Positions 37,817 through 47,407 of a stretch of 64,000 nt of DNA are shown piece by piece. The stretch comes from a virus (taxonomy: Duplodnaviria; Caudoviricetes): IMG/VR virus record IMGVR_UViG_3300031414_000007, positions 64,001 through 128,000 of that record. The stretch is one strand, 5' to 3'. The notes below the pieces were generated by a model that saw nothing but the letters and a program-made list of their open reading frames with translations, was not told the DNA's origin and made no database searches. A program made the position numbers and the translations under genes. Position 1 is the stretch's first letter. Each line of letters starts with the position of its first letter.

Positions 37817-38230
37817 TTAACCCTCAGCGTCAAGCTCAATCGCAATGGCTTTCAGCTTCGCAGCGAGCAGCTTAATATCGGCAGACTTCGCTTGCATGTT
37901 AAAGCCACCACGACCGGGCTTGATTTCAGAATCGTTCTTGGTGTTGTACCACTTACGCACTTCCACGACACGGTTACCGGCATCGTCATTGACGAGATCT
38001 ACAGACAGGAAGCCATGTGCGCCAATCTGAATACGAAACAGCTCAGGCTCAGAAGTCTCTACACGAGTTTTCTTCTTGGCCTTTTGCGGCTTCTCTTCTT
38101 TCTTGGCTTTCTTTTCCTTAGGACGCTTGAGTTCAGTGTCTTTCTCGGTAAGAGGCTTAGACTTCTTTTTCAAACTGTCTTTGATCTTCTTTGCCTTAGC
38201 GCCTACGATTTTGCCGTTAACCATTGCCAT
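37817..38230 (-). CDS. Lys-rich protein with PC4-like ssDNA-binding domain
   Basis: Basic N-half, then FLSVDLV...VVEVRKWY...KPGRGGFNM resembling the PC4/YdbC fold. Confidence 0.6.
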   Translation of the reverse strand: MAMVNGKIVGAKAKKIKDSLKKKSKPLTEKDTELKRPKEKKAKKEEKPQKAKKKTRVETSEPELFRIQIGAHGFLSVDLVNDDAGNRVVEVRKWYNTKNDSEIKPGRGGFNMQAKSADIKLLAAKLKAIAIELDAEG

Positions 38231-38523
38231 TAGATTTGCGTCCTCTTAACTTTCTTGATAGCAGAACTCGGACGCTTCTGAGGTATCGCCATGAGCATCC
38301 CTGCCTGCATCTCAGATGGATGAAGCAGAGCGTTCGCAATAAGCAACAACACCCAGTTAGCGTTCGAGCCGTATGTAATGTGCGACAATAGTTGAGGATT
38401 GCCCTCCATTGAGGCGTCGATTCGAGTTGGCGTGGTATACAGCGCCGTGTCTGCATCCTCAAACACCTTCATACTTAGAGGGTCAATTCCCCACTTGTCG
38501 ATCACGCCTATTGTTTCAGCCAT
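38230..38523 (-). CDS. Baseplate protein, LysM/gp53/P2 gpX-like
   Basis: PQLLSHITYGSNANWVLLLIANALLHPSEMQAGMLMAIP resembles the gp53/X pattern. Confidence 0.7.
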   Translation of the reverse strand: MAETIGVIDKWGIDPLSMKVFEDADTALYTTPTRIDASMEGNPQLLSHITYGSNANWVLLLIANALLHPSEMQAGMLMAIPQKRPSSAIKKVKRTQI

Positions 38524-39314
38524 TTCTTCAAGTCCTCTCGCGTTACAGCAAAGTAGCTACTGACCTGCAGGATGAAGTCCACGCTGATAGGGTTACCAGT
38601 ACCATCTTCCCACACGTTATCGAAGTTAGCGCTCACGCTATCAACAACACACGGACTCATGGAGAAGAAATTACCAATATCAACGAAGAACGCCTCGCTG
38701 TCCTCTAAGATGTTACCTATTGCAGCGTTAGCCGCATCAGCACCCCCGCCACCAGCAGCCAGTGTGAGTGTTTCCATACTGACTGATTTTAACGGGCTTG
38801 GGCCAGGAGGCATCAACAGGCCGCCGTTCTCAGAAGGTGCACATAGCGACAGCAGGTTGATGGTCGTATCAACAACTTCGCTTTTAGTGTCAGAGTAGGC
38901 ATCGACGAAGATAGGAAGGTCGATTGATAGATAACTCGGACCTCCCCATACGCGAGCACTCGCCAACTTGTGCATAGAACTGGCGCCAGCGAATCGCAGC
39001 GCTTTATCCATTGCACCAGCATTGTTGCCGATGAATGCACCGGCGGCACCCAACTTACCACCTACAGTTGACAGAGCATCACCGCCTTTAGCGGCAACGT
39101 CAGCAAGTGAAGTGTTAGCAAATGGTGCGTCCCACTGAGAAGACAGGCTGAACGAGAAGTCTGGTGGAATGAAACCAGTGAACTTGATTGTACCACTCTT
39201 GTTGTAGATCTTCACACGATACATGTTATCGACAGAGATAATATCGTCACGCGACCGTGTGCTACCTACAGCAGTGGCTTGCCCACCATCGGCAGGCATT
39301 AAATAGTTAGCCAC
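38508..39314 (-). CDS. Tail tube initiator/baseplate cap protein (gp48/gp54-like, inferred)
   Basis: GTG start with GGAG RBS; VWGG...LSIDLPI, CVVDSVSANF, PISVDFILQV; position after the tape-measure-like gene. Confidence 0.55.
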   Translation of the reverse strand: MANYLMPADGGQATAVGSTRSRDDIISVDNMYRVKIYNKSGTIKFTGFIPPDFSFSLSSQWDAPFANTSLADVAAKGGDALSTVGGKLGAAGAFIGNNAGAMDKALRFAGASSMHKLASARVWGGPSYLSIDLPIFVDAYSDTKSEVVDTTINLLSLCAPSENGGLLMPPGPSPLKSVSMETLTLAAGGGGADAANAAIGNILEDSEAFFVDIGNFFSMSPCVVDSVSANFDNVWEDGTGNPISVDFILQVSSYFAVTREDLKKWLKQ

Positions 39315-39326
39315 ACAAACTCCTTA

Positions 39327-42017
39327 TCACATGTAGCCCATAGTAATCATGTTCATCATCGGATCATCCATAAACACTGGAATTGAGTCGAGCGAATGTG
39401 AGTTACTAGGACTTGCGTTGCTTGAACCGCTAGAGCTTGGACGAGACACAGCGCCACCTTTCGGCATCTCAGGCGCAGGTGCTTGAGCTGGTGGTGGCGG
39501 AGCAGGTGCTTCTGTACGAGCAATATCACCCTCAGTAACGAGTGGCTGTCTCGCAACAGTTTCTTCCGGCTTGACTGTAGGCTCAATGCGTTTAACATCA
39601 GGTGCAGCCGCGGCAACAAGGTCATTCAAGCGACGCTCATGCTCTTCTGGTGAGGACTTAGGTGCTACAGGTCCTCTACCTGTGAAGTCAGGCAGCGAAT
39701 TGGGATCAGTTTCAGAATACGTCTGAGGTTCACCCTTAGGCAGGTCTGGGAATCGAGCAGCAATACGTGCATCCTGCTCCGCTTCCGTTTCAGCCGGCTT
39801 AGGAGTATTTACAGCTTTCTTCTGACGATCTGCCTCAGCTACCTTGAGCAATACGTCCTTCTCGTTCTGCGCTCGCGTGGCAACGGACTGCCTTGTCTGA
39901 GCATCAGAGGACTTGAAGTATTTGTCAGTCGTTGCAGCTTTATAATCCTGGATGGTCTTAATCAGTTCATCGTCGGACATGCTGTTAACGTCTTTGCCTT
40001 GCAGCGCATTCGAGATAACGCTGGTGCCTGCTCCGTACTGAACGGCCGTGCTATACATCAGCTCTTTAACACCTGCACCACGCTTCGTCAGGTCAACACC
40101 TACTTCGTTCTGCATCTTCGCAGCAAGCGGCGCATAGTGAGTACGCGTGATATAGTCAGACTGCGCTTTATCAAAAGCCTCACCCTGAGTGTTTGCCACA
40201 TCTTTATATACGGAGTTGAACTGAGACGTTCCCGGAGCAAGGCCACCGAAGCGTTCTAAGAACGGTTTACCTTCAGGGCTGTTCAGGAAGTTCATCATAC
40301 TGCCGTTGTTTGTGGCTAGCTGGTGCTTACCATACGACACACCGCCGTAGTCACCTTTACCAGTAGATACAGTGCTGACGCCTCGACCACCAGACTCGAA
40401 CTGCTCACTAACAGAACCAAGACCGCCCTCAGCAATCGCTTTGTTGGCAATATCAGTTACCTGTTTGCTGTCATATCGCTTGGCAGGCTGCGCTCGCATC
40501 GGTCCTTGATACTGACCACCACCGCCTCCGACACCAGCACCCATTCCCATCATACCCATAAAGCTGAAAGGTGAGACAGTGGGCTGCGGGAACTTGGACT
40601 TGTTCTCGTTCTCGTCAGTGGTCTTGTTGTAATCCTCCATCTTCTCTTTACGGTCTTTCTCGCCGTCAGCAAGCATCGTGTCGGTTTCATCAGTTATCTT
40701 GTCAGCAACGTATTCGCCGACAGAGTTACCGAAGTAGTCACCCAAGATGCCCCCCAACAGACTGCCAAGAGCAGCACCGGCAGCGGTACCAACGACAGGA
40801 ACAACTGAACCCAGCGTACCGCCAATCCACGCACCAGCAATAGCGCCTGTTGTACCACCAGCAGTACCGCCAATAGCTCCGCCAGTCGCTTTCTTCTTCT
40901 CGTGCGCCTTCTCAGCGTCAGTAAGAGTTTCGTCTGCGTCGATGTGCTGCATATCATTCGCAAGGCCGATACTGTTACCTAAAGCAGGACCGATGACAGG
41001 AATCTTCTTAGACGCACCAGCCAGCAACATTGAAGCGCCAGCTACAGCAGCATCTTGTGCTTGTGAAGGAGGCTGAGGCGTATCACCCTTAGCAGCTTCT
41101 TCGGCACGTTGAACTTCTTGGGGCTGTGCTACAGGCTGAGGCTGGGCCGGAGCTTCTGGCATACCTGCACCAGAGTTCTCTGCGTTGTCCTGCTCAAACT
41201 TCTCTTGTGATCTTTCTTTCAACCACAAGCCACCAGCAGTTGCAGCACCAATACCAACCAGTGCCATTAACGCACCAGCTTTGCCTCTCAGTCGCGGGAA
41301 GCGAGAACGTGGGAGATTGCGTCCGGGTCCTCTACGATTACCGGCGCCTCTACCGTAACGTCTGCCACGGCGATTACGACGACCGGTACGGCGACGACGA
41401 TTATCGTTACCAGAATCACCGAGATCACTACCGCTATCATTATCCGGGCCGTTGTCGTCATCATTAGCACCCGTGTTAGGACCACCAGCACCAGGCTGTT
41501 GTCCATGTGGATCTGACTTAGCGCGATTCTTCTCTTTGAATGCCTCGCGCTTTTCCCACTCAAGCCAATCTTCGAGAGCTTTCTGCGTCTTGGTAGAGAC
41601 TGCATTGCCTTCTTTGATTGCCTTAACAATATCGTCACCAGACTTCTCGCCTGCAATGAACAGGTCTTCGAGTGCTGACTCTACTTCGCGGGAATTAGGT
41701 TGTTGTGCTACAGGACGAGGAGATGTTGGTATCGCTTCGCTATCATTGACATAGCGCACACGCTGATTGGCCATCTTCTCGCGCATAGCTTTCGCTGCAC
41801 GGTTCTTCGCTCTTGATCCAGGACCGACGTAGACAACTTCTTCTTCGTACATCTCTGGGTCGTAATCGCGTTCGTAATCAGCCTGCGTAGGATAATCATT
41901 CGCAGCCTTACGTTTGCGACGAGCTTTAGGCATACCCGCTACAGAAGGACTAACGCTGTCCGCATGTTCGATCATTAGTTCGAGTGCGGACAACTCTTTT
42001 TCTTGTGGCTTAGCCAT
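39327..42017 (-). CDS. Tape-measure-like tail protein with muramidase domain (896 aa)
   Basis: Glycine-zipper hydrophobic segments; SEQFESGG...GDYGGVSYGKHQL lysozyme-like motif at about 39850-40430; follows the tail chaperones. Confidence 0.65.
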   Translation of the reverse strand: MAKPQEKELSALELMIEHADSVSPSVAGMPKARRKRKAANDYPTQADYERDYDPEMYEEEVVYVGPGSRAKNRAAKAMREKMANQRVRYVNDSEAIPTSPRPVAQQPNSREVESALEDLFIAGEKSGDDIVKAIKEGNAVSTKTQKALEDWLEWEKREAFKEKNRAKSDPHGQQPGAGGPNTGANDDDNGPDNDSGSDLGDSGNDNRRRRTGRRNRRGRRYGRGAGNRRGPGRNLPRSRFPRLRGKAGALMALVGIGAATAGGLWLKERSQEKFEQDNAENSGAGMPEAPAQPQPVAQPQEVQRAEEAAKGDTPQPPSQAQDAAVAGASMLLAGASKKIPVIGPALGNSIGLANDMQHIDADETLTDAEKAHEKKKATGGAIGGTAGGTTGAIAGAWIGGTLGSVVPVVGTAAGAALGSLLGGILGDYFGNSVGEYVADKITDETDTMLADGEKDRKEKMEDYNKTTDENENKSKFPQPTVSPFSFMGMMGMGAGVGGGGGQYQGPMRAQPAKRYDSKQVTDIANKAIAEGGLGSVSEQFESGGRGVSTVSTGKGDYGGVSYGKHQLATNNGSMMNFLNSPEGKPFLERFGGLAPGTSQFNSVYKDVANTQGEAFDKAQSDYITRTHYAPLAAKMQNEVGVDLTKRGAGVKELMYSTAVQYGAGTSVISNALQGKDVNSMSDDELIKTIQDYKAATTDKYFKSSDAQTRQSVATRAQNEKDVLLKVAEADRQKKAVNTPKPAETEAEQDARIAARFPDLPKGEPQTYSETDPNSLPDFTGRGPVAPKSSPEEHERRLNDLVAAAAPDVKRIEPTVKPEETVARQPLVTEGDIARTEAPAPPPPAQAPAPEMPKGGAVSRPSSSGSSNASPSNSHSLDSIPVFMDDPMMNMITMGYM

Positions 42018-42862
42018 TATCCACCTCTACGGCCTCTCTGCGCTGCTAACGCAAGTGCTCGCTGTTCTTCGGCTTTGTTCTTATCGTGAACATAAGCACT
42101 ATGCCAGTAAAGCAATTTGTTGATCGTTATATCGTCTGGCACGTAGATGTTCTTGGCGCTGGCGAGGTCAAGCGTCATGTTCATCATTGACGTGTCAGAG
42201 AACACACGGAAGTAGCCGAGAATATCAATTGGACTTTTGTAGGTGTATGTACGGAAGCAACGGTTGCACTTGTGGGTGGTCTCCAGTTCGCAACTCACAT
42301 ACACGTAGTTACTGGCGTTAAGCAGTTCGATTGGGTCTGCATACTCAAGTGTCTGCGCAAGAGGAATATCGCTGTCGATATACATCGCGTTCATTACCTG
42401 AGTACGGTTCTCATGCTCAGCCAGCAACTCTGCATCAATCCAACGCTGAACAGTAGGATGGCGCAAGCCCTTTGGAAGGTCGCGCCATTTGTGCTGAACT
42501 ATTCTTTGTCGCATGACTTCTTCGGTGTTGAGCAGGCCGCAGTCTACTTCAACGAACTTGCAGCCTCTTGGCCTATCGTAGTAACGCTCACCACGCATAT
42601 CAACAAAGAAGGGCGTGGTGCATCGCCATTCATACAGACGATGCGATTGCGGCCAACTATTTCTGTCGAACATTGCCAGCATATAGCGGAAGTCTTCGAG
42701 GTACATCTCTCTGACCTTCACGTTGGTGAATCGCTGCAACGTATCAACAAAGAGTTCAGGCAGTTTGTGTTTCTGCGCGTTAAACAGACTCGACATTGCA
42801 TCTGCCGTTATTTGGCTGATACGACAATCTGACCTGCCTGAAGGGAGATAGATCTCTAACAT
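42017..42862 (-). CDS. Baseplate hub/tail assembly chaperone (gp26-like)
   Basis: IYLPSG start and CNRC zinc motif; paralog of the adjacent gene. Confidence 0.55.
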   Translation of the reverse strand: MLEIYLPSGRSDCRISQITADAMSSLFNAQKHKLPELFVDTLQRFTNVKVREMYLEDFRYMLAMFDRNSWPQSHRLYEWRCTTPFFVDMRGERYYDRPRGCKFVEVDCGLLNTEEVMRQRIVQHKWRDLPKGLRHPTVQRWIDAELLAEHENRTQVMNAMYIDSDIPLAQTLEYADPIELLNASNYVYVSCELETTHKCNRCFRTYTYKSPIDILGYFRVFSDTSMMNMTLDLASAKNIYVPDDITINKLLYWHSAYVHDKNKAEEQRALALAAQRGRRGG

Positions 42863-43545
42863 TAGTTGACAAAGACCGCTGGGTTAAGATCCCATGCGCG
42901 TGTGCTGCGGCGTTGGCAGTGCGGGCACAGAAGTTCAATATCAGTCAGCAGTCCATGGCGGGAAGCACGTACCCACTCAGACAGTTCAAGCCAGAGAGTT
43001 AGGTCGGACTGTTCTTCCAGACGTGCTACGTTGGCATCGAAGTTACGACCCATGTGAGCTACGTGCCAGCTAAACATATCTTCCGATGCACGTTCATAGT
43101 GACGCATACGAGGAAGGTCAAAGTGTTCGTGCTCTGCGTTAAGCATTGCGATGGTCATTGACGTTTCATCAATCACGCCAACGTTGTTTGCATCGCAAGG
43201 GAACGTATTGATAACGCCACCTTCAGGACGCAACTCATTCACAATGCCGTCGGAATATTCAAACAGCGGCTTCTTGCAGTTCCAGTATGTACGCAGTGGC
43301 ATAACAGTGTTCATCCACATACGCTGCTGGAAGACCAAAGCAAACGCATCAGGCACGGTCAGTTCTTCGAGTTTGATATTGAGACACGGCGCCAGAGCAT
43401 CGAGCAGGATGTACTTCATATCCTTTGCATCAATAGCCTTAGCAATAGCACGGTTCTCTTTACCGCCGAAACGACGCATCTCAAAAGCTGTAGGCAGTTC
43501 AGCCTTATAGCCACGAGAAGGTAAACTCGCTGTTTGAATTTCCAT
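42862..43545 (-). CDS. Baseplate hub/tail assembly chaperone (gp26-like)
   Basis: LPSRGY N-terminal motif and C-terminal CPHC. Confidence 0.6.
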   Translation of the reverse strand: MEIQTASLPSRGYKAELPTAFEMRRFGGKENRAIAKAIDAKDMKYILLDALAPCLNIKLEELTVPDAFALVFQQRMWMNTVMPLRTYWNCKKPLFEYSDGIVNELRPEGGVINTFPCDANNVGVIDETSMTIAMLNAEHEHFDLPRMRHYERASEDMFSWHVAHMGRNFDANVARLEEQSDLTLWLELSEWVRASRHGLLTDIELLCPHCQRRSTRAWDLNPAVFVN

Positions 43546-43555
43546 AGTTGTTATC

Positions 43556-44068
43556 TCACATCATTGGTCGGGAAACATCAAGAGCCATTTGCACAGACCA
43601 CATGCCTCTACCGCCGGTGCCGTTAAGCTGAATGCTTTGACCACCGATAGGCCAGCAGTTGCGTAGCTGTTGTTCGCCAACCATTTGCCCTTGGTTGTCG
43701 TATAGCTCAATGATAAGGTTTTTCTTATACACAGACGGCAGACGGAAGCCACCCGTGTACGGATTCTGAATCAGACTCTGCCACGCATTGAAATATTTCA
43801 TCACTGCGAGCTTCTGGTCGATACCAAATAGCAGACTGAATCCGTCAACGCTCGAACCATGTGGCCAGTTGATTTGCACCGTGGCCACTTCTTTTGATTT
43901 CGATTGATAGACGGAGAATGGCAAGTCTACTTCTTCACACGCGAACGGGCTTAACGATATATTACCAATAACAGGAAATTCTCGCACACGCCACTTGTCT
44001 TGCATGAAGGGATCGTCAAGGCCAGGAGCAGAAGAATCATTCAGGTCATCAAGCGTCGGCAGCGGCAT
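43556..44068 (-). CDS. Tail tube-like protein, second paralog (gp19 family)
   Basis: YFNAWQSLI, YKKNLIIELYDNQG, LRNCWP tube-family motifs. Confidence 0.75.
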   Translation of the reverse strand: MPLPTLDDLNDSSAPGLDDPFMQDKWRVREFPVIGNISLSPFACEEVDLPFSVYQSKSKEVATVQINWPHGSSVDGFSLLFGIDQKLAVMKYFNAWQSLIQNPYTGGFRLPSVYKKNLIIELYDNQGQMVGEQQLRNCWPIGGQSIQLNGTGGRGMWSVQMALDVSRPMM

Positions 44069-44070
44069 GA

Positions 44071-44745
44071 TTAGTCCTCTACAATAACAAGCACAGGCCT
44101 AACGGCATCGTCGAACTTGAGGAACGTAGCACCAACCAGATAGCCACCACTCTCAATCTGCTTAACGACTGCTTTCTCGTAGTCCGTTTCCCACTTGTCA
44201 CGCTGATTGGCTTTGTAGCCATCAAACGTTTCTGACGCGTCGTAGTAGTTATACGTTCCGCCAGTTGGCATTGGGATTCGAGCAAGGAACTCAATACGAC
44301 CAGCGTTCTTAAACTTGGCCTTACGTAGCTCTTGAGTCAGCTTCGTGTTCTCTGCTTTAGAGCCAGGAACAGCTTTGAATGGTTTCTTTGGTTGTGGTTC
44401 TTTCGGTGCAGCAGGAAGTTTCTCACGCGCTGGAGTATTCTTGTCACTCGCCTTCTTAATGCGAATGCCGGACACTGTACCAGTGAACGGACGACTGCGG
44501 CCAAGCAACGAACGTGCTGTAGGCGCATCGACTTCAAACACTACTGACGGGTCATCCTTATGCAGCACATAGAACTTGTTGCGCTTTGCAGCCAAGATAC
44601 CGAATACATCTTTTTCCTCGATATCGGCTTCATGCTCCTTGTTCTCAATGCTTACCTTGCGCTTACCTTCGAAGCGATACCAGTCGCAGTCTTGAATACC
44701 TACGGCAGGTGTCTTACGTGCGCTTTCGCTCAGTAGAATAAGCAT
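44071..44745 (-). CDS. Hypothetical protein, probable internal head protein (224 aa)
   Basis: GGAG RBS; starts MLILLSESA; carries the shared WYRFEG...DVFG...DDP domain. Confidence 0.7.
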   Translation of the reverse strand: MLILLSESARKTPAVGIQDCDWYRFEGKRKVSIENKEHEADIEEKDVFGILAAKRNKFYVLHKDDPSVVFEVDAPTARSLLGRSRPFTGTVSGIRIKKASDKNTPAREKLPAAPKEPQPKKPFKAVPGSKAENTKLTQELRKAKFKNAGRIEFLARIPMPTGGTYNYYDASETFDGYKANQRDKWETDYEKAVVKQIESGGYLVGATFLKFDDAVRPVLVIVED

Positions 44746-44760
44746 AGTCTCTCCAAAACG

Positions 44761-44789
44761 AAAAAGGGCCAGAACGAATCTTGGCCCTT
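44761..44789 (-). terminator. Rho-independent terminator
   Basis: Minus strand AAGGGCCAAGA-TTCG-TTCTGGCCCTT followed by TTTCG, after the tube gene. Confidence 0.8.
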
Positions 44790-44796
44790 GTGTTTC

Positions 44797-45309
44797 TTAC
44801 GATGCGAGTTCGGCGTAGTCGAAGGACCATTCGATTGATACCGGAACAGCCTGTGCAGCACCAGAGAACTGCAAATCAGGAACCTGTTTCGGCCACACAC
44901 CGTAGATGTTGTACTCAGCAACTACAGAACCGTCCATATCGAAGATACGGAAGATTCCTTTCGTTGCGTAGTCTGCCTTACGTGCGCCCAGCTGGGTTTG
45001 AGTGTTACGCACAAACTGGTGCCACTCTTCCAGTTGTTTGTACACGGCCATCTCTGAGTTTTCGTTGTACTCAGTGGACAGAGCGTGAGAGAAGATCTTA
45101 CGGCCAGCGTAGTTAAGCTGGTGGCCGAACGCTTCTTTCAGAACTTCTTCGAGCGTTGAACCAGGCTTAACGCCAGTCTTACAGAACAGACGCAGAGTAC
45201 GCGCATAGTCCGTACCACCGACAGGCGGGTTAGGGATCAGGAACTCGAAGTTGTCATCGAGTAACGGATCTTTCGTAGACGCAAATTCGTCAAGAGTTAC
45301 CTTTGGCAT
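44797..45309 (-). CDS. Tail tube protein (T4 gp19-like)
   Basis: Directly after the sheath; LEEWHQFV, IFRIFDMDG, YGVWPKQVPDLQFS, IEWSFDY; followed by a terminator. Confidence 0.88.
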   Translation of the reverse strand: MPKVTLDEFASTKDPLLDDNFEFLIPNPPVGGTDYARTLRLFCKTGVKPGSTLEEVLKEAFGHQLNYAGRKIFSHALSTEYNENSEMAVYKQLEEWHQFVRNTQTQLGARKADYATKGIFRIFDMDGSVVAEYNIYGVWPKQVPDLQFSGAAQAVPVSIEWSFDYAELAS

Positions 45310-45320
45310 CTAAAAGCTCC

Positions 45321-47006
45321 TTAGAGTGCACCAGAGTTAATCAGTTGCAGCGCGTACTGAATATCACCGACAGGCGGTACGATAGCAGTTACGTGAATGC
45401 GTTTAGTGTAGCGAGTCGGGTCAAGGAACACGTCGATGATCAGATCGCCACGCGCTTCGTCTTCTGCGGTGTTGTTCTTGTAGTCACACTGGACTGCATA
45501 CCAACGCAAACCACGACCGGTCTTAATCGGTTCGAGGATTGCTTCCATCGCAGACTTCTGGCGCTGTTTCAGAATGTCATCGTTCGGTTCGAACACGGCA
45601 CTCAGGTTGTTTGCACGAGCAGAAGCATGAAGCATTGCCAACAGGCGACGAATACCGATATCCTGCAGCGGGCTCTTAGTGGTGTACGTTGTATCAGCAC
45701 CCCACATGAAGATGCCTTCGCCGTCGAATACAGCAATCGGGTTAATCTGGTTGTCTACCAGAACGTCGCGGTCGCCTTGTTTAAAGCGATAGCGCACGTC
45801 AGTAGCGAAGTCCAGCTTACCACGATTCAGACCGCCTGGTGCTAACCACGATGCTACTTGGTCGGCAGTCAACATGCAGTATGCCATACAGACAGATGCA
45901 GGCACGTAGTAGTCACGCGCATTGTCGTTGTCACGGGCCTTAACGTCAGCATTCGAGATAGCCGACCAAGAACCAATGATGGAGAACTCTGCTTGCTGAT
46001 ACGGTTTGTTGCCACGGCGATACGCCACAGCATTGTCACGCGCTTGCAGGCTGACAGGGACGCCGTGAGTAGCGATACAGTCCATGCGGCTCTCAGCCAG
46101 TTCATCGATCTTGTTCGCAATCACAGGATGCTCAAGGCCACCAGCACACAGAATGCCTGCCTGAACGTCTTCCCAGTCTCGGTAGTTATCCCACGCAGTC
46201 AACACAGCAGACAGACTCTGGTTAGCGATAGTCGCATCAGAATGATCTACGTCGATAACAGCGCCGTCGCTACCGCCAGTGAACTGACCATTAGGAGCAG
46301 TCGGGTTCGTTGGGTCAGCCGGGCCACCGCCGATGGAGTTGATAACCACATAGTTCGGGTCTTCCAGCAGCTTATAGTGGTTTTCGTTCAGCTTAACGCG
46401 GATGTACTTGGAGTTAACGTTGATCACGTCTTCGAGGAAGAACTGATTGCCCGCTTCGTCTTTGTAGTAGCGCGTAGTCACGGTATGAGACTCAAGAGGA
46501 GTCAGATAACCGATACGGTACACTTTGATGATGGACTTAATGCCCAGCGCATCAGTCACGTCAGGTTCAAACGTGATGTACATATCGTTCGCCGCTGCGT
46601 ACTGAGACATTGCATAGACCAAACAAATATCACGATCAGAGAAGGCAATCTGCTCAGGGTCTACAAGTCCAGCGTCACCCAGAGGGCGGCAGGTGGCGAA
46701 GTTGTTATAAGTTGTGATATACACACCTGCGTATTTCACGGAGAGAGCGACACGCGTAATGTTCAGCTTGGTTGCTTTCGTCATCAGAAGTTTTGCGTTC
46801 TGGACGTTGTTAGCGTACTGCCCCGTTGCTGGACCAAAAATTGCGTCGATCTCATCCTTAGAGGTAACAGTTGTGTTAACACCCACAGGTCCGCGAGGGA
46901 ATGGCAGAACCAGAGTACACATGCCGTACTGCACAAGTGACGCTTGGTTGCTGCGATCATTCTCCTGCGAATAGACCCCCGGAGAGGGGTGATTAGGTTG
47001 TAACAT
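45321..47006 (-). CDS. Tail sheath protein
   Basis: PGVYSQEND N-terminus, FTGGSDG, WLAPGGLNRG, INPI, GIRRLLAML, FEPND sheath motifs. Confidence 0.93.
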   Translation of the reverse strand: MLQPNHPSPGVYSQENDRSNQASLVQYGMCTLVLPFPRGPVGVNTTVTSKDEIDAIFGPATGQYANNVQNAKLLMTKATKLNITRVALSVKYAGVYITTYNNFATCRPLGDAGLVDPEQIAFSDRDICLVYAMSQYAAANDMYITFEPDVTDALGIKSIIKVYRIGYLTPLESHTVTTRYYKDEAGNQFFLEDVINVNSKYIRVKLNENHYKLLEDPNYVVINSIGGGPADPTNPTAPNGQFTGGSDGAVIDVDHSDATIANQSLSAVLTAWDNYRDWEDVQAGILCAGGLEHPVIANKIDELAESRMDCIATHGVPVSLQARDNAVAYRRGNKPYQQAEFSIIGSWSAISNADVKARDNDNARDYYVPASVCMAYCMLTADQVASWLAPGGLNRGKLDFATDVRYRFKQGDRDVLVDNQINPIAVFDGEGIFMWGADTTYTTKSPLQDIGIRRLLAMLHASARANNLSAVFEPNDDILKQRQKSAMEAILEPIKTGRGLRWYAVQCDYKNNTAEDEARGDLIIDVFLDPTRYTKRIHVTAIVPPVGDIQYALQLINSGAL

Positions 47007-47048
47007 CGTGAATCTCCATAAGAATGGGCATCGTGTAACGACTGTATG

Positions 47049-47057
47049 AAATTAGCG
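47049..47057 (-). promoter_or_regulatory. Candidate late promoter motif CGCTAATTT
   Basis: Intergenic; 43 nt upstream of the sheath ATG. Confidence 0.65.
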
Positions 47058-47062
47058 AGAAC

Positions 47063-47407
47063 TCAATAGCAAACCAGATTAACTCGCTGATCCACGTCAC
47101 TTACCAGAACGGATTGTGCCATCTTTCCTGTCAGGGTGAATTGCCCTTCGATAATCATTTGACCACCAGCGAACTGGAGAATGATAGGCTCTGCGGTATC
47201 AATGTACAGCAGACCTTTAATCTCAGGCAGCGCATATCCTTTAGGGCCGACGATGATACTCTGCATCTGATATTCACCACAGAGGGGAATACCCACAGCG
47301 TGTGATTGTCGTTTTAGGATAGAGTTCTGGTTAGAAGTGACAGCACGTACACGACTATCAATGACCAGAGTACGATCCAGCTTACGATACTTCTCGCGTG
47401 TGTACAT
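47063..47407 (-). CDS. Hypothetical virion protein (114 aa)
   Basis: ORF between the neck-like gene and the sheath. Confidence 0.65.
   Translation of the reverse strand: MYTREKYRKLDRTLVIDSRVRAVTSNQNSILKRQSHAVGIPLCGEYQMQSIIVGPKGYALPEIKGLLYIDTAEPIILQFAGGQMIIEGQFTLTGKMAQSVLVSDVDQRVNLVCY

Noticed and set aside
5463-46940. Long plus-strand ORFs (for example 5463-6440, 19625-20584, 35116-35898, 45858-46940)
   Set aside because: Each lies wholly antisense to a well-supported minus-strand gene, has no recognisable motif, and is the expected shadow of strong codon bias.
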